Below, piece by piece: positions 38,089 to 50,901 of a stretch of DNA of 64,000 nucleotides (its first letter is position 1; each line of letters begins with the position of its first letter). This stretch comes from Saprolegnia diclina VS20 (Eukaryota): assembly GCF_000281045.1 (NCBI RefSeq), contig NW_008246074.1, forward strand, positions 133,211 to 197,210, in the 5' to 3' direction. The notes below the pieces were generated by a model, which made no database searches, was not told where the DNA came from, and saw only the letters and a list, made by a program, of their open reading frames with translations. Position numbers and translations under genes: made by a program.

Positions 38089-38371
38089 GTGGCCGACAAA
38101 GTGCTGCGGGGCGGTATCAGCCTCGCGTTCGTGTACCTCCCGTTTGGTGCCGGTATGGTGGATTCTCAACACGGATGGACTTGAAACATTGATATTTTGG
38201 ACTAGGCGGCAACCACTGCACAGGCCAGCCATGCAGCAAATACAACTCCAACTGCTGCACCTTCTGGGAACGTTCCACGCGACCTTGACGCCAAACGCCA
38301 ACGTGCTTCCAAAGCGGGATCTGGTGACAACGCACCAAACGCATCTCGAGGTGCTACTGACGCGAGCGTGA
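38089..38371 (+). pseudogene. Cytochrome P450 3' remnant (last two exons) with a frameshift
   Basis: VADKVLRGGISLAFVYLPFGA|GGNHCTGQ, then an apparent 7-nt loss (cag-cc-atg versus cag-cgc-ttt-gcn-atg), then MQQIQLQLLHLLGTFHATLTPNANVLPKRDLVT, which matches the C-termini of the neighbouring P450s. Only about 220 nt separate it from the copy-2 stop, so the upstream exons are missing. Confidence 0.82.
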
Positions 38372-38410
38372 CGATCGTCGATCCTTCACTAAAGTGTGAT
38401 TGAGCTAATT

Positions 38411-39036
38411 AGAGTGATTTTGCAAGCGTGGAATTCAGGATTGTTCGGCGCTCGAAATTCTGGAAAATTCAAAGGGTAAAAGTCGCGCGTCGATTGTTTT
38501 TGCAAACCTGCATCAGTTTTACGCTTTGGACCGCAGGCACATGGACGACGTCCTGCTCGCACTCCCTCTCGTCGCAATTCTCGCCCAACACCTCGTCGTG
38601 GCCTCTCGGGCCATCACCAAGTACCCGCTTCAACTTTAGCGCGCAATCCGATACGGACTGCGTGTACAAGTTCCGATTTACCAAGCAGCAGATCGTCGAG
38701 CTCCTGCGCTCGCTGTGTTTGCCCGACGAAATCATCACGACGCACCGCTACAAAGCCGATCCGTTGGAGGCGATCTGTATCATGCTCAACCGGCTCGCGT
38801 TGCCGCATCGGCTTGGCTCCATGGTCGAGACGTCACCCTCCCACGCCTTCTTCGTCGTCTGTGGAGCCTCCTCGCCTATACTCAGCGCAAGTAAAAAAAC
38901 GAGTGGCGACCCGGAAAAACGGTTCAGGATTGAGGGGGTCCCATCGTACATTTTTTCGGTGGAATTCATCCGACGGGCGCATGCGACATGTGACTACTTG
39001 CTCCATTCATGAAATTCACGCTTGCAAAATCACTCT
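38411..39036. mobile_element. Internally deleted PIF/Harbinger-superfamily (DDE_Tnp_4-type) DNA transposon, 626 bp
   Basis: Perfect 19-bp terminal inverted repeats AGAGTGATTTTGCAAGCGT...ACGCTTGCAAAATCACTCT, extending imperfectly to about 30 bp. The internal ORF FRFTKQQIVELLRSLCLPDEIITTHRYKADPLEAICIMLNRLALPHRL resembles the N-terminal part of HARBI1-like transposases; no DDE core is present. Confidence 0.8.
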
Positions 39037-39454
39037 AATAGAGTGATTTTGCCTCCCACCCTCCCACGCTAATTACATGTACCCTTCCTTGCTAGTGCGA
39101 GATGCGTATTTGACTATCACATTTGGAACTCCTGGCGGGCGTCAGGGCGCTGGGGAAGAAGTGCTTGCCCGGTGCTTGATTGCCATTGTGATTTGACGAA
39201 AAAGGGTACATTTGGATCCATCAGACCAACGGCTTCGACAAGTCGTGAGCCATCACAGGCAAGGGTACGCATTCCGCGGTACACTGCGAGAACACATAGC
39301 TCGTGCTCTCGTAGGGAGCTATTTCTTGTTTTGTCGCGCTCGGATTGATACACTGAGTCCGCCGACGTACCCTTTTTTGACGTTACTTGACGATGCAGAC
39401 TTTTTTCGGCACTAGAATTTCGAATCCATTCACTTTCGGCTTCGATATTTCAAG

Positions 39455-41378
39455 ATGGAGCTGATGCTGATGGGCAGCGCCGGTGCGCTCATCGCGCTTG
39501 GCCTCTTTGTCTATACGCTCATGCAGCCGTACGTTCGCGGCCTCTACAAGCTCCGAGGCCCGCCGTCGTCGTCGCTGCTGCTCGGCCTCGCGTATGTACA
39601 GCTGTCAACCGTCTCGGACCATGAGCATCCTCGTGCTTGTAGCGCCGACCTCGGTGGCATCGATTGGGACCGAGGCAACTACCCGCAGCCCATCGTCCGC
39701 TAGTGCGCCTCCCTTGCAACGACACGCCTCATATAACCTACGCGCTAGCGCTCGCGAGTACGGCATGGTCTACTACAACCGCCTCTTTCACATGCACCGG
39801 GTACGCAACCCATAACGCTGGCAAGTCCCAAGAACGTCTGGCGTAGATGGCCATGATGGACCCGGTGGGGCTCAAGCACATCTTGGTGACCCGAAGCGAC
39901 ATCTACCCTCGGTGCAACATCACGCGCACTCTCTTCCAAGTACGTACTTCATAAACATGAGCGTCATCTCAATCAGCTAGAAACTGGCGCGAGGCGTCGG
40001 CTTGCTCAGCGCGGAAGGCGCTGTTCACGACCGCATGCGCAAGCAACTGCACCCACACTTTACGCCAGTCCAGATCAAGAGCTTTTTGCCGATTTTCGAG
40101 CAGCACGCCAAGGCCTTTCTGGGTCATCTACCGCCGTCGACGCCCATCGATCTCCTCGAGCGTACGACCCTACACCTCGCACTGTATCAACTTGATACGA
40201 TTAGGTTTTACGCAGCTGGCGCTGGATGTGATTGGCGTGACGGCGTTTGGCTTTGCATTCAATGCGATCCAGGGCACGCGCAGCGACGAGATCCGCGCCT
40301 GTGAAGACTGCAAGATTCCCATTTCGATTCTGGCCAATGTGGGCGCCGCGTACCTTCCGTACTGGGACTCTCTCCCGCTGCCTTGGGTTGCGCGCCAGCG
40401 AGCGGCCAAGGACGTCCTCCAGCAGATCGTGACAAAGGTCATTGACGCCAAGCTCGCGTCGCCCAAGACCCACACGGCCCGCGACCTCTTGGACCTGATG
40501 CTGCTCTCGGATGTCTCCGCTGCGGACGCCCGCGTCCATGCCGCCACCTTTCTCCAGGCCGGGCACGAAGTACGAAAGTATCAACTTGATGTTTGATGGT
40601 TGATACCTTGATAGACGACGAGCAACACGCTGGCGTGGGTTGTTGTCACGCTGACCGCGCACCCAGAGATGGCCGAGCGCGTGCACTGCGAGTGTCATGC
40701 CGTCCTCGCCCGGCACCCAACCGGTTTGACTAGCGACGCGGTTGGCGAGCTGGTGTTGTTGACCGCTTGCATTCACGAAACGCTGCGGTTGTACCCGACC
40801 GCTCCGACGCTGTCGGACCGTATCGCGACCCAAGACAATGTCGTACCGCTCATGGACGGCGACTCCTTTTTCGTGCCCAAGGTTGTCCAATATATATATA
40901 TGCACAATAATGTCTCTAACTGGGAGCGGTTAGGGTACGCAAGTCGGCATCGATGTGCTGGCCATTCATCGCAACCCGCGATTCTGGACGGACCCGGACG
41001 CTTTTTTGCCAGGTTGGCGAGTTCAAACGCGAAGCGGAAGGGAGATACAGCAGTCTGTAGATCGCTTTGTGGAGGGACACGCGCTCCAGCGCGCAGACAA
41101 GGCTTTGCGCGGCGAGCTGAGCCAGTCGTTCTTTTACCTTCCGTTTAGTACGGGTACCTGGCCTCGCTTAGCGACTGGAACGAATAAGATCTGACATGTA
41201 TCTAGGGGATAAAAACTGCATTGGCCAGCGCTTTGCCCTCTTGGAGATGCAAGTTGCCTTGGTCTACCTCCTCGGCACCTTCCGCGTGCACCTGACGCCG
41301 CGCGCCAATGTTTGTCCGAAGCGCGATCTGACCACCATGCACCCGACGCTCTTGGAGGTGACGCTGACGGCGTTGTAA
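39455..41378 (+). CDS. Cytochrome P450 (array copy 3)
   Basis: LRGPP, GLLSAEG, FLQAGHE|TT, ETLR, PDRF, LPFSTG|DKNCIG. Confidence 0.92.
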
Positions 41379-41418
41379 TACCTATTCTCGTTGTTGTTTT
41401 CGCAGTTCTACGAGTTGA

Positions 41419-41572
41419 AGCTAGACATGCGTTAAATTAGAGCTAGATATGCGTTAATCTAGAGCTAGTCTTGCGTTAAACTAGAGCTAGTCGTGCGTTG
41501 AACTAGAGTTAGACTTGCGTTGAACTAGAGTTAGACTTGCGTTGAACTAGAGTTAGACTTGCGTTGAACTAG
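41419..41572. repeat. 22-bp minisatellite, 7 copies (consensus AGYTAGACTTGCGTTRAACTAG)
   Basis: Seven contiguous 22-nt units with no spacers; the last three are identical. Confidence 0.92.
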
Positions 41573-41781
41573 TAGAGCTCGACATGGATTCAAATATCAA
41601 CAACCCGCACAAACAGCCATCGCATTGCACAGGATCGCGCGGCGTTTCGAATTTCTGACGGTTGCGTGACACGTTTTTGTCTTGATTCTATCATTTTTAC
41701 GCGGAAAACATACGAAAATAGGTCACTGGACTCTGCAGAAAGGCCAAAGATCGCAATCCGCACACTCAGTTTGACAAGCGA

Positions 41782-43741
41782 ATGGAGACGACGATGGTGC
41801 TGATGGCGCTGGCGCTTCTACTAGTGCCGCTCAGTGTCTTCATGTGGCTGGCGCCGTACCAACGGTCGCTCGCAAAGAAGCTCCCGAGCCCGCCCTTGCT
41901 CCATACGCTCTTTGGCCATGCGTTCGTCGCCACACACATGACACATCTTAATCGTCGTCGATAGGAGCGGTGTCATGGGCATTGACTGGACGACCGGCAA
42001 TTACCCCGAGCCAGGCGTGAGCTGGTGCGTGGCCTCGTGCGTGTTGGTACCACAGCGCCTTGTAGGCTGCGGCGCTACGGGCTCGCGTATTACCACCGCG
42101 CCATGCACATCCAGAGAGTCGTGCGCGACGTGAACAACAGTTCTCATATGCTCATAGATAACGCTCGCCGACCCGGTCGGGCTCAAGCACGTGCTCGTCA
42201 CACACAGCAGCAAGTACCCTCGCGACCACATTTCCCGCACCATTTTTTCGGTCGTTCGACTCGATACATTGATACAAAATTTCCATCCGAAAATGGTAGA
42301 AAATGTTTCGAGGCGTCGGCCTCCTCTCGGCCCACGGTGCAGGTCACGCCGCGATGCGCAAGCAGCTCAACCCGCATTTTACGCATTTGCAGCTCAAGAG
42401 TTTTGTGCCAATTTTTGAACGGCACGCGACGCGCTTCCGGAAGGCGCTCTTGGCACTGCCGCCGCTCACGCCCATCGACCTCCCTGCGCGTACGATCTCG
42501 TATGTTAGCAGGATCCTCTCGAGTCGGTGCTAGAGTTGACGCGGCTTACACTCGATATCATCGGCGTTTCCGCCTTTGGCTACGACTTTCAGGGTGTTTT
42601 GAACAGCACGAGCGACGAGCTTCGCGCTTACGACGACGCAAGGCTGCCATCATCGCTCGTCCTTACCCTCGGGATGACGTATCTTCCATTTTGGGAGTAC
42701 CTTCCCTTCGCCGACATTGCCAAGCGGCGCCATGCGACCGACACGCTCCAGCGCATTGTCTTGCGCGTCATCGAGGCAAAGATGCTAGCGCCCACCACCG
42801 TCTCCAACGACCTCCTCGACTTGCTCTTTGCATCGGGACCGCGCTTGACGCCGGCCGAGGCGTGCGTCCACGTCATGACCTTTCTCCAAGCCGGGCACGA
42901 GGTACATCGTTCTATCTGTACACTGTACTCAGGTTCATGTAGACAACGAGCAACACGCTGTGCTGGGTGCTCGCCATGCTCGCAAAGCACCCGAGCGTCG
43001 CGGACCGCGTGCACGCCGAGTGCAAAATCGTCCTCGAGCGCTTTCCCGGGCCGTTGCCGTCCGAAGCGCTGGGCGAACTGCCGTACCTCACTGCGGTCCT
43101 TCAAGAAACGCTGCGTTGCTACCCAACTGTGCCAGCGCTCGCCGCTCGCGACGCGCTCGAAGATGATACCATTCCGCTCCAGGATGGATCGACGCTGTTT
43201 GTGCCGGCGGTACACATTGTGCCGTTTGCGATAGTTCAACATTTTACGCGATTTGTGGTTAGGGTACGGCGATTTGGATTGATATTGTCGCCATCCACCG
43301 CAACCCTGCTTTTTGGACGAATCCCGACGCGTTCCTACCAGGTCCGTTTTTGTACTACATGGCCGATTGACTAAATGGCCGACTGACTAACGCCGCTGCC
43401 TAGAACGCTTCCTCGATGGCAACGCGCTTTCTGCTGCCGACAAGGCGCTGCGCGTTGGCAAAAGCAGCACGTTTTTCTATCTCCCGTTCGGCGCAGGTAC
43501 AATATTGTCGTCGTTTTGCTCGAGCTTCCGCTGACGTGTATTCCTAGGCGACAAGAACTGCATTGGCCAGCGGTTTGCGATGATGGAGATGCAAGTGATC
43601 TTGCTGCATCTTCTCGCGTCGCACACGTTTCCGCTGACTGAACGCGCGTGTGTGCACCCCAAGCGAGACATTGCCACCATGACGCCTGTGTGCTTGGAGA
43701 CGACGTTCGAGTGTCGCCAGGCCGTCGCTGCATCCTCGTAG
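41782..43741 (+). CDS. Cytochrome P450 (array copy 4)
   Basis: LPSPP, GLLSAHG, FLQAGHE|TT, ETLR, PERF, LPFGAG|DKNCIG. Confidence 0.92.
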
Positions 43742-43902
43742 CCGCCACCAATTCCGCTTTCTTGTTTTTATAATCGACAACCGAAACGTGTTGTATCAAG
43801 GTACCGATTGTTGTGCGTTATTGGATGTCGACTACTTGGATGGCAGCGCCGATGTGCTTCTAAGGACATAGCTGCATGAAAATTCGTACTAGTATGTGGT
43901 TT

Positions 43903-46900
43903 TTACCGAAAGACCGAGCCAGAGTTGAGCGCCGAGTTGATTCGGTTGAGCTACATGCATGGCCAATGACCAAGTGGAAACAAGCCTCGTCGACAACGCA
44001 CCAAATTGGCTTGGGTTTGGGCACTTGGGGGCGGTGCGGATTGAAGCGACATGCGACGGGTCAAGCTATTTGCCTTGGAGCCTAGCTCCATACATCGTGA
44101 TCGCGCGATCACGCAAACGATTGTGTACTGGTGACGTGATACGGCGCGTCCGCCTCGGCGCTTGCGTCGTCATCTTCATCGTGGCTCTCGCCGTCGTCTT
44201 CGTCCGAGCTGTAGTCGTCGCTCGTCTTGATGGCCTCGATCGCCTGTATTTACATCGTGTATTTTCCTTGGTGTTTTCGCAGATTACTGCAAGAATGCGA
44301 TCCCGGTGGGCCTTGACTTTGATGCCGATTTCAGAGATGAGCGACGCTTCGGTGAGGTCCAAAAGAGCTTGTCCGTCGATTTGCAGCGCATCGAACCGGT
44401 CCTACGCACATTATTGTCTGCTGAATCACAGACAGGCTGTCTACCACGACATCTGGGACGCCGACATCTTCCTTGAGCCACAAACAGACATTTTCAACGT
44501 TCCATTCAGCCACGACTGGTGGTTGAAAATCTGAGTCGCAGCGATGAAACTCGAAGAGTACCTTGCGCCAACGAGACATCATCGTCGTCATCTTCATCTT
44601 CATCCTCATCCTCCGCGTCGTCGTCGTCACTTTCGTCGTCCTCGTCCTCGTCTTCGACTCTCTCTGTGGTCGCTGGTTGCGCTGCACCTTGCGCTGTCAG
44701 CTGCGCCAATGCAAACGACCGTCGACTGAGCCGGTCGCTGCCGTCCTCTTCGGGCGCACTCTGTAGCTGCATCGTCGACATGCGTCGCTGGAGCTCCGCA
44801 TTCGGATCGGGCTGCATCAGCTGCCGCAGATTGCTCTCAGATTTGCGCTTGGGGGACGTCTGCTGACACCATGAGGCCGGTAGTACTGTAAAAGCACACA
44901 TCCTACGGCGAGGGTGGGGGGCGGGGTCGACGGCGGGGGTGGCACCACGGGGGCCGCGGCGGTCAGTGACGGCTTGCACGACGTCGAGTGCACGACAATG
45001 ACGTCCGCCGGAAAGAGCTCGCCGCACCGGATGCACTTGATTGGGCGTTTCGGGCACTTGGGCATATGCGTCGCAAAGGCCGTGCTCGGAAACTAGACTA
45101 AAGTGAAGCCGACGCAAAACCACTCAATGGCGTACACTTTGCTGGCAGTGGGCACACTGTCGCGCGCTCTGCTTGCAGCTCGTCTCGTGCCGAGCGAGGT
45201 CGCGTGCGATGATGACCATGTTGCAGTACTGGCATCGTTTTGGCTTCCAGTCGCAGCTACGCGAATGCAGCTGACTGAGGAGAATCGAAGTGCATGCACC
45301 TTTGCTCGTGGTCGTCGAGCTCTTTGGTCGGGAACGACTCGTCGCAGTACTTGCATTCTTGCTACACAGCGCAGGTTGTTATCTCCATCGGTACAGCTGT
45401 ACCGGTACCTTGTCGACGGTCGTCACTGGCTTCTCGGCCGCGATCGGCTTGGGCGCCTCGGGTTTCGCCACAGCTCGTTTTGGGCACTTGGTCAAAACAT
45501 GCTTTTCCAACCCGCGTTGAAGGAATTTGCCGCCGCACTGGTTGGGGCACTGCACGAGGCGGCAGTCGCAGACGTTGATGTGGTCTTGCAGCTCCGACAT
45601 CTAGTGGATACAGTAGCTACGTGTTCCATTTTCAAAGAACAATATGATACTTTTTGGCGGCGGAGGCAGTGCGGACATTGCTTCATCATTTGATCGCAAG
45701 TGAGTTCGTGCTCGGCCACGTCGGAGGCTCTGACGTCGTTGAGGCAGTGCTTGCACTTGGTCAGCGTGCAATCACCGTCGTCCTTGGCCCGGCCCTGTGC
45801 TCAGTTAACACAGAGTACAAGAGTAGGGTTCGGGGTACCTCCAAGCGCATGGGACACTGCGTTTGTTCGTGGCTACTCAACGCCGCGGCGGCCATTTCGA
45901 GGTGGCACTGCTTGCATTTGACGTTGTTTGTGACCTGCGTGGTCTCAACCCTTGTTGGTGTTGGTGCAGCCGTGGGCGGCGATGACGTGGGCGGGGACGT
46001 GGGTGGTGGCATCGATCCGAGGGAGTGCCGACGTTCGCGCTCGAGCTTGAGCCGCTGCTCGACCCGGGCCTTGGCGAGCTCTGCCTCCGCCAAAGCACCT
46101 TGCATGGCAGGAGCTCCATTGTCGCTTGTCTCCTACGTGAAGTCCTCGCTACAGCGGCCTTGGTATTCTGTAGTCGTACCACGGAGGTCGTCTGTGGGCC
46201 CGACAGTTTGGGTGCCGGTGTTGATGGCTTGGACGGCAATACGGGCGGTGACTCGACGCTGGGTGTGGCTCGCGGCGGGGCTGTGGACGGCGCGGGTGGT
46301 ACTTTGGGAGGTGGCATCGGTGCACTCGGCTCGGAAGCTATTGGCACAGACGAGGTCGTGGTGGCAGCGACACTTTTGACAGCAGGTGGGTCCGTCGATG
46401 GCTGCGTTGCCTCGGGTGTCATCTCCTTTGGTATCGCGGGCCCTGGAAGCGGCGCGGACTTTGCTGGGACAGTTGGGACCGGAGCGGTGCTGGGTGTCTG
46501 TGCCGTTGTTGGCGTTGGCACCGCCGCCGGTGTTGCAGCGGGTGTCGGTTTGGCCACAGGCGTGGACACTGGCACCGTAGATGGAGTTGGCGCCGTCACC
46601 ACAGCTGGTGGTGGTGTGGACACTGCAGCAGGTAGCGGTGTGGACGTTGCGGCTTGCGGTGGTGTAGACGCTGCAGCTGGCACGGGGGGAAGACGAGCTG
46701 CAGCCGGCACGTGTGGGAGTGGAGCTGAAGTTGCCACCGAAGCGGGTGTGGCAGGCACCGATGTTTGTGACGGAGCAGAACTCGTCTCTGGAGGCGGCAA
46801 CGTACGTCGTGGATCCATCGTCCCAACGGTCAGCTTCTCGGGCCTCGTTTCGGATGCAGCGTCCGGCTTACAAACCGGCGTCGGGGCGAAGGCGTAAACG

Positions 46901-49259
46901 GGCTGTGCCACGGGGACGGGCTCTGTCGGTGGCACCGAGGCGACGCGTGTCTCACTGACGTGGACGGAGCCCGTCGGCAAGTCTTTACCCTGTGGTTGCT
47001 CGCCCATGGGAGAGACAGCCTTTGGTACGGCCGCGACCGGCGTTGGCGGCGGCATAGTCGGCATCTCTGTCGCCGGTTTGGCCGGCGTTGGGGGAAAGCC
47101 GCCTTGCATGAGACTCGCGAGCATCATCGGATGGTACGCCATGGCGCTCATGCTCTGCGCCGCGTCCGGTGGGAAGCCATACATGGGCGGGTAGGACGGC
47201 CACATTGGGTACGTCGGTGGTGGCGGATACACCTGCGGGGGCGGCTTGGTGTCCGTCGCCTTGAGCTTCACAACGTCCGATTGCAGCTCGAGAATGGACG
47301 TCTTTGCATTCTCCAGCGCCGTTGTCGTCCGCGATTCAGCTTGTTGCAGACGGCTCTCGGTGGTTTTCACGGTCGTGTCGAGTGCGACCAGCTGCGCAGG
47401 CACAGTGTCCATCTTGGCCGATAGGCCTTTGAGCGCCTCAGCGTGCGCTGCTGTCATTGCTTCGTGGGCTTGCCGCCACTGGGACTGCGCCATATTCACA
47501 TGACTCGAGATCTCCAAAAGCTTGGCCGACACGGTGCTCTGGAGGGCGTCGTGTGACGCTTGCAGCGAGGTTTTGAGCTTGATACTTGCGTCCGCAGCGT
47601 CGTTCTGGTGCGTCTGCAGCGCTCGCTGCGCCGACTCGAGTTGCGTCTGCGTCCACTGCTTGGTTTGTGCGAGCTCGTTGGTCACGTCGTCAAGCGCTCG
47701 CTTGCGGTCCCGTTTCTCCGCTTCGAGTTGCGTCATCCACTCGGTTTGCTTGATGCAAAAGGTCGTCTCAACCTGCGTCTGGACCTGACCGACACTCTGG
47801 TCGACCTTGGCGAGTTGCTGACGCACCTAGATAGAACCACCTTACAAAACTCCACACTTTGCCAGATGATGTGTACGTGGCGCTCGACAGTGTCGATGGC
47901 TTGCTTGGTCTGCGACTCGACAGCGACCACAGCGTCTTGACTGCGACGGGCGCGTGCCTCGGCGTCTTGGCTCCATGATGACTGCAGTTGTCTCGTCTGA
48001 TCGTGCACGAGGGTCTGGACTTGTGTCTAGACGATTCCACAATGTAGCTCCCAATCAGATTCAGACGCACCATCCATTTCGCCTCGCGCTGGGTCAGTTC
48101 CAGCTGGAGGGCTTCGCTCGACGTCGTTGCAGCCTTGCGGGCGTGCGTCTCGGCGATAGCTGCGATCGGGGCCGTCCACGACTCTGAAAACGGGACGTCA
48201 AGGACCTGGGTTTTGTCTGGTGCTGACGTCGGCATCGCTTGCTGGTGCTTCTCGAGACGGTGCACGTGGGCTTCCGTCTCATTTTTGAGATCGTCGAGGC
48301 GGTTATCGACGTCCTTGACACGCTTGACGAGGCTGTCGACGAGGTACGATGTCGAAGTTGCTGTTCGAGTCATATCGCCAATCAGCGAGCCTAATGACTA
48401 CAATGTTATACTCGCTTTGACGCCGCGTCACTTCGTACCTTGGTGCTGCAGACTCGCGTTGAGCTGGGCTTTAATAGGCTCCACGCACGCGTTAAAGTGC
48501 ACGAGGAGCTCGGGCCGCGACAGCTTTTCCTGCATCGCTACCTAATACAACATACAACAATGAGACAATTCGACAATACAACATCGCAAAATCGCAAAAA
48601 ACCTGAATCGAATTGGCTTGCTCGCGGAGGGCGGCAACGAGCTGGCGCAGCTCGAGCAGCTGGTTGTCGGCCTGCATGCGCCACGACTCGTCCTTCCCGC
48701 ACATGCTCTGCACGTGGTACATAATGTCCTTTTGGGTCGTGCAGTCTTGTCGGAGTTTTTGGTGGCTTTGGTCGATCGTGCGCAGCTCGCGGTCGACGCT
48801 GCTCGCTTCCATGCGCAGCCGGTCGATCTCATCCGAGTTGCTCTTGGTCAGCGCCATGATGGCACTCAGCTGCCGCTCGGCAATCGCTGCCCGCGCGTCG
48901 ACTTCGAGCTTGATGCTGAACCGAATTTGCTCCATCATGTGCGTCACCTGGTAGCTCTAGCCACCGCGGACGCCTTACGACTCGGTGGCACATGTATAGC
49001 GTACCGCGTGGTGTGGAAATGGCATCTCGGCCGTATATTGGTTGCTATTGTCCGTGGGCGGGTGGTGCTTGGGCGCTTCGTCGACCTTGCGGGGTGGCGG
49101 CGTCGCGGGTCGCCACTCGCGCGCGCCAAACTCCTGCGGTACGCGGTGGCTCGGCGGCGGCGCATACGACGAACGTGGCGGCTCGTGGTCGCGGAACTGC
49201 GCGCGAAGGTTCTCGTCCGTGCACTTGATGATCGCGGCGAGGTTGGCTTCCCAGTCCAT
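43903..49259 (-). CDS. Large protein: coiled coil, Pro-rich linker, tandem TRAF-type zinc fingers, acidic tract and SAM domain
   Basis: Repeated CxxC...H...C-P-x-R units (CKQC..HEQTQCPMR, CPHC, CPNQC..HVLTKCPKR, CIRC); SAM-like EWNVENVCLWL..IDGQALLDLTEASLISEIGIKVKAHRDRIL. Exons were joined by eye, so the single-gene model is an inference. Confidence 0.72.
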
Positions 49260-49771
49260 CCGTCTCAAATGCAGTTTCAAAAGCCAAGTCTCGTCATGTC
49301 GACAGCGCCAACAAAGGACGTCATGCAACCATCAATCGCGGACCGTAAGCTCATCGTCATTGCGCTCGAATTCTGCAAGGGTCTGTGTGCGGTGGTGGAG
49401 GTGGCACCCGCAGATGCACATACCTCTTTCTTATACTCCGTGGGCTATCACATACACTACATGTACTTGCACTGTTCAACTCTGCAGCGCACGGCCCACG
49501 TTGCTTGCTGCCACAGCAAGTACTCGAATCCATGCGTATTGTGCCATCTAAGATCTAATGTCGTACCTGTAAAATAGCAAAATACTGTAGCTGGCTTGGT
49601 ACATATACTTGTACGAGAACACCTTAGATATGTCCTGTGAAGTAGCGCTCAACGCGGCGGGAGCGACCTCGCAAAACCCTTTGGCGTGCTCTTGCCTGTG
49701 TGAACTAGCTGCGAAAGAACACAAGTGTCGACACATATTTGGTCATAAATGCAACGAATGTAGCGACACAG

Positions 49772-50901
49772 CTACATGGCCGAAATGGAGCCGACGACGT
49801 CCGTCTCGAGGGGCATGAACAGCTCGCACTTCTTCGCATCCGTCGCGATCGCCGCGAGCGTCTCCATGTAGCGCACCGCAATCATATACTGCGTTGTATC
49901 GATGGCCATGTCCTTGAGCGAGTCCTTGACGACTGAGAGCGCTTCGCCCTCGGCGCGCGCAATCAAAAGCCGCGCTTCGGCCGCGGCTTTGGCGCGAATG
50001 ACGACGCACTGCTGCTCGCCGGTTGCGATGGCCACCTTGGCCTGCGAGTCGCCCTCGGCCTCGGTCTTGACCTTTTCACGGTAGCCGTCGGCGGTCACGA
50101 TGGCGGCGCGGCGGACGCGTTCGGCCGAGAGCTGCTTGTGCATGGCCTCTTGCACGGACGTCGTCGGAGTAATCTCGAGCAGTTCGACTAGAAAAAGTCA
50201 TGTTTCATCGGACGACACACAAGCGCCTACCGCGGTGGATGCGAACACCCCAGTTGAAGCAAATGTGGCTGATCTTCTGCAGAATCCCGCGGTTGATCTC
50301 TTCGCGTGACGCAAGCGTGTCGTCGAGGCCCATGTCGCCAATGATCGAGCGCAGCGTGGTTTGCACGAGCTTCTTGATCGCCTGCGAGAGGTCGTACACC
50401 TCGTAGCAGACCTTCATCGGGTCGCAGAATTCGTAAATGACCATCGGGCGCACAGCAATCTCGACGTTGTCGCGCGTAATGATCGTCTGGAGCTTGAAGT
50501 CCATGATGGTCTGGCGCGCGTCGACGCGATAAAAGCTCTTGTCGATGAGCGCGTCCGGCTCGTGCGGCATTTGAATCTGCACACGCCATGAGGTCCAGCC
50601 GTTCAGCGCACATTGGTCCAGTACCTTGAGGCGGCGCCAAGTGATCGTCTTGACCTTGTCCATGTACGGCACAAGAAAGTGCAGCCCAGGACCCCACTAG
50701 AGACGGCGAACTCGTGGGCGGACACGGCGTGTGACATGGTCGTACCTTGGTGTGGAAGCGGCCCCAGCGCTCGACAATCACACTCTCCTTGTGGCGCACG
50801 ACGATGGCGCTGGCAAGGAAGGTGCGGAGGATGCTAAGCAGCGGCAGGCCAATGGTGATGGCCAGGAAGATGGCGAGGATGCCATCGTTGTCGACGGCCA
50901 T
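49772..50901 (-). CDS. SPFH/band-7 (stomatin/QmcA-like) membrane protein
   Basis: N-terminal TM, IVERWGRF..L.PGLHFLVPYMDKV, QTIITRDNV, TTLRSIIGDMGLDDTLASREEIN, WGVRI, QLSAERVRRAAI..AEG. Confidence 0.9.

Noticed and set aside
41419..41572. Possible CRISPR array
   Set aside because: The units are contiguous with no unique spacers, there are no cas genes, and the context is eukaryotic.
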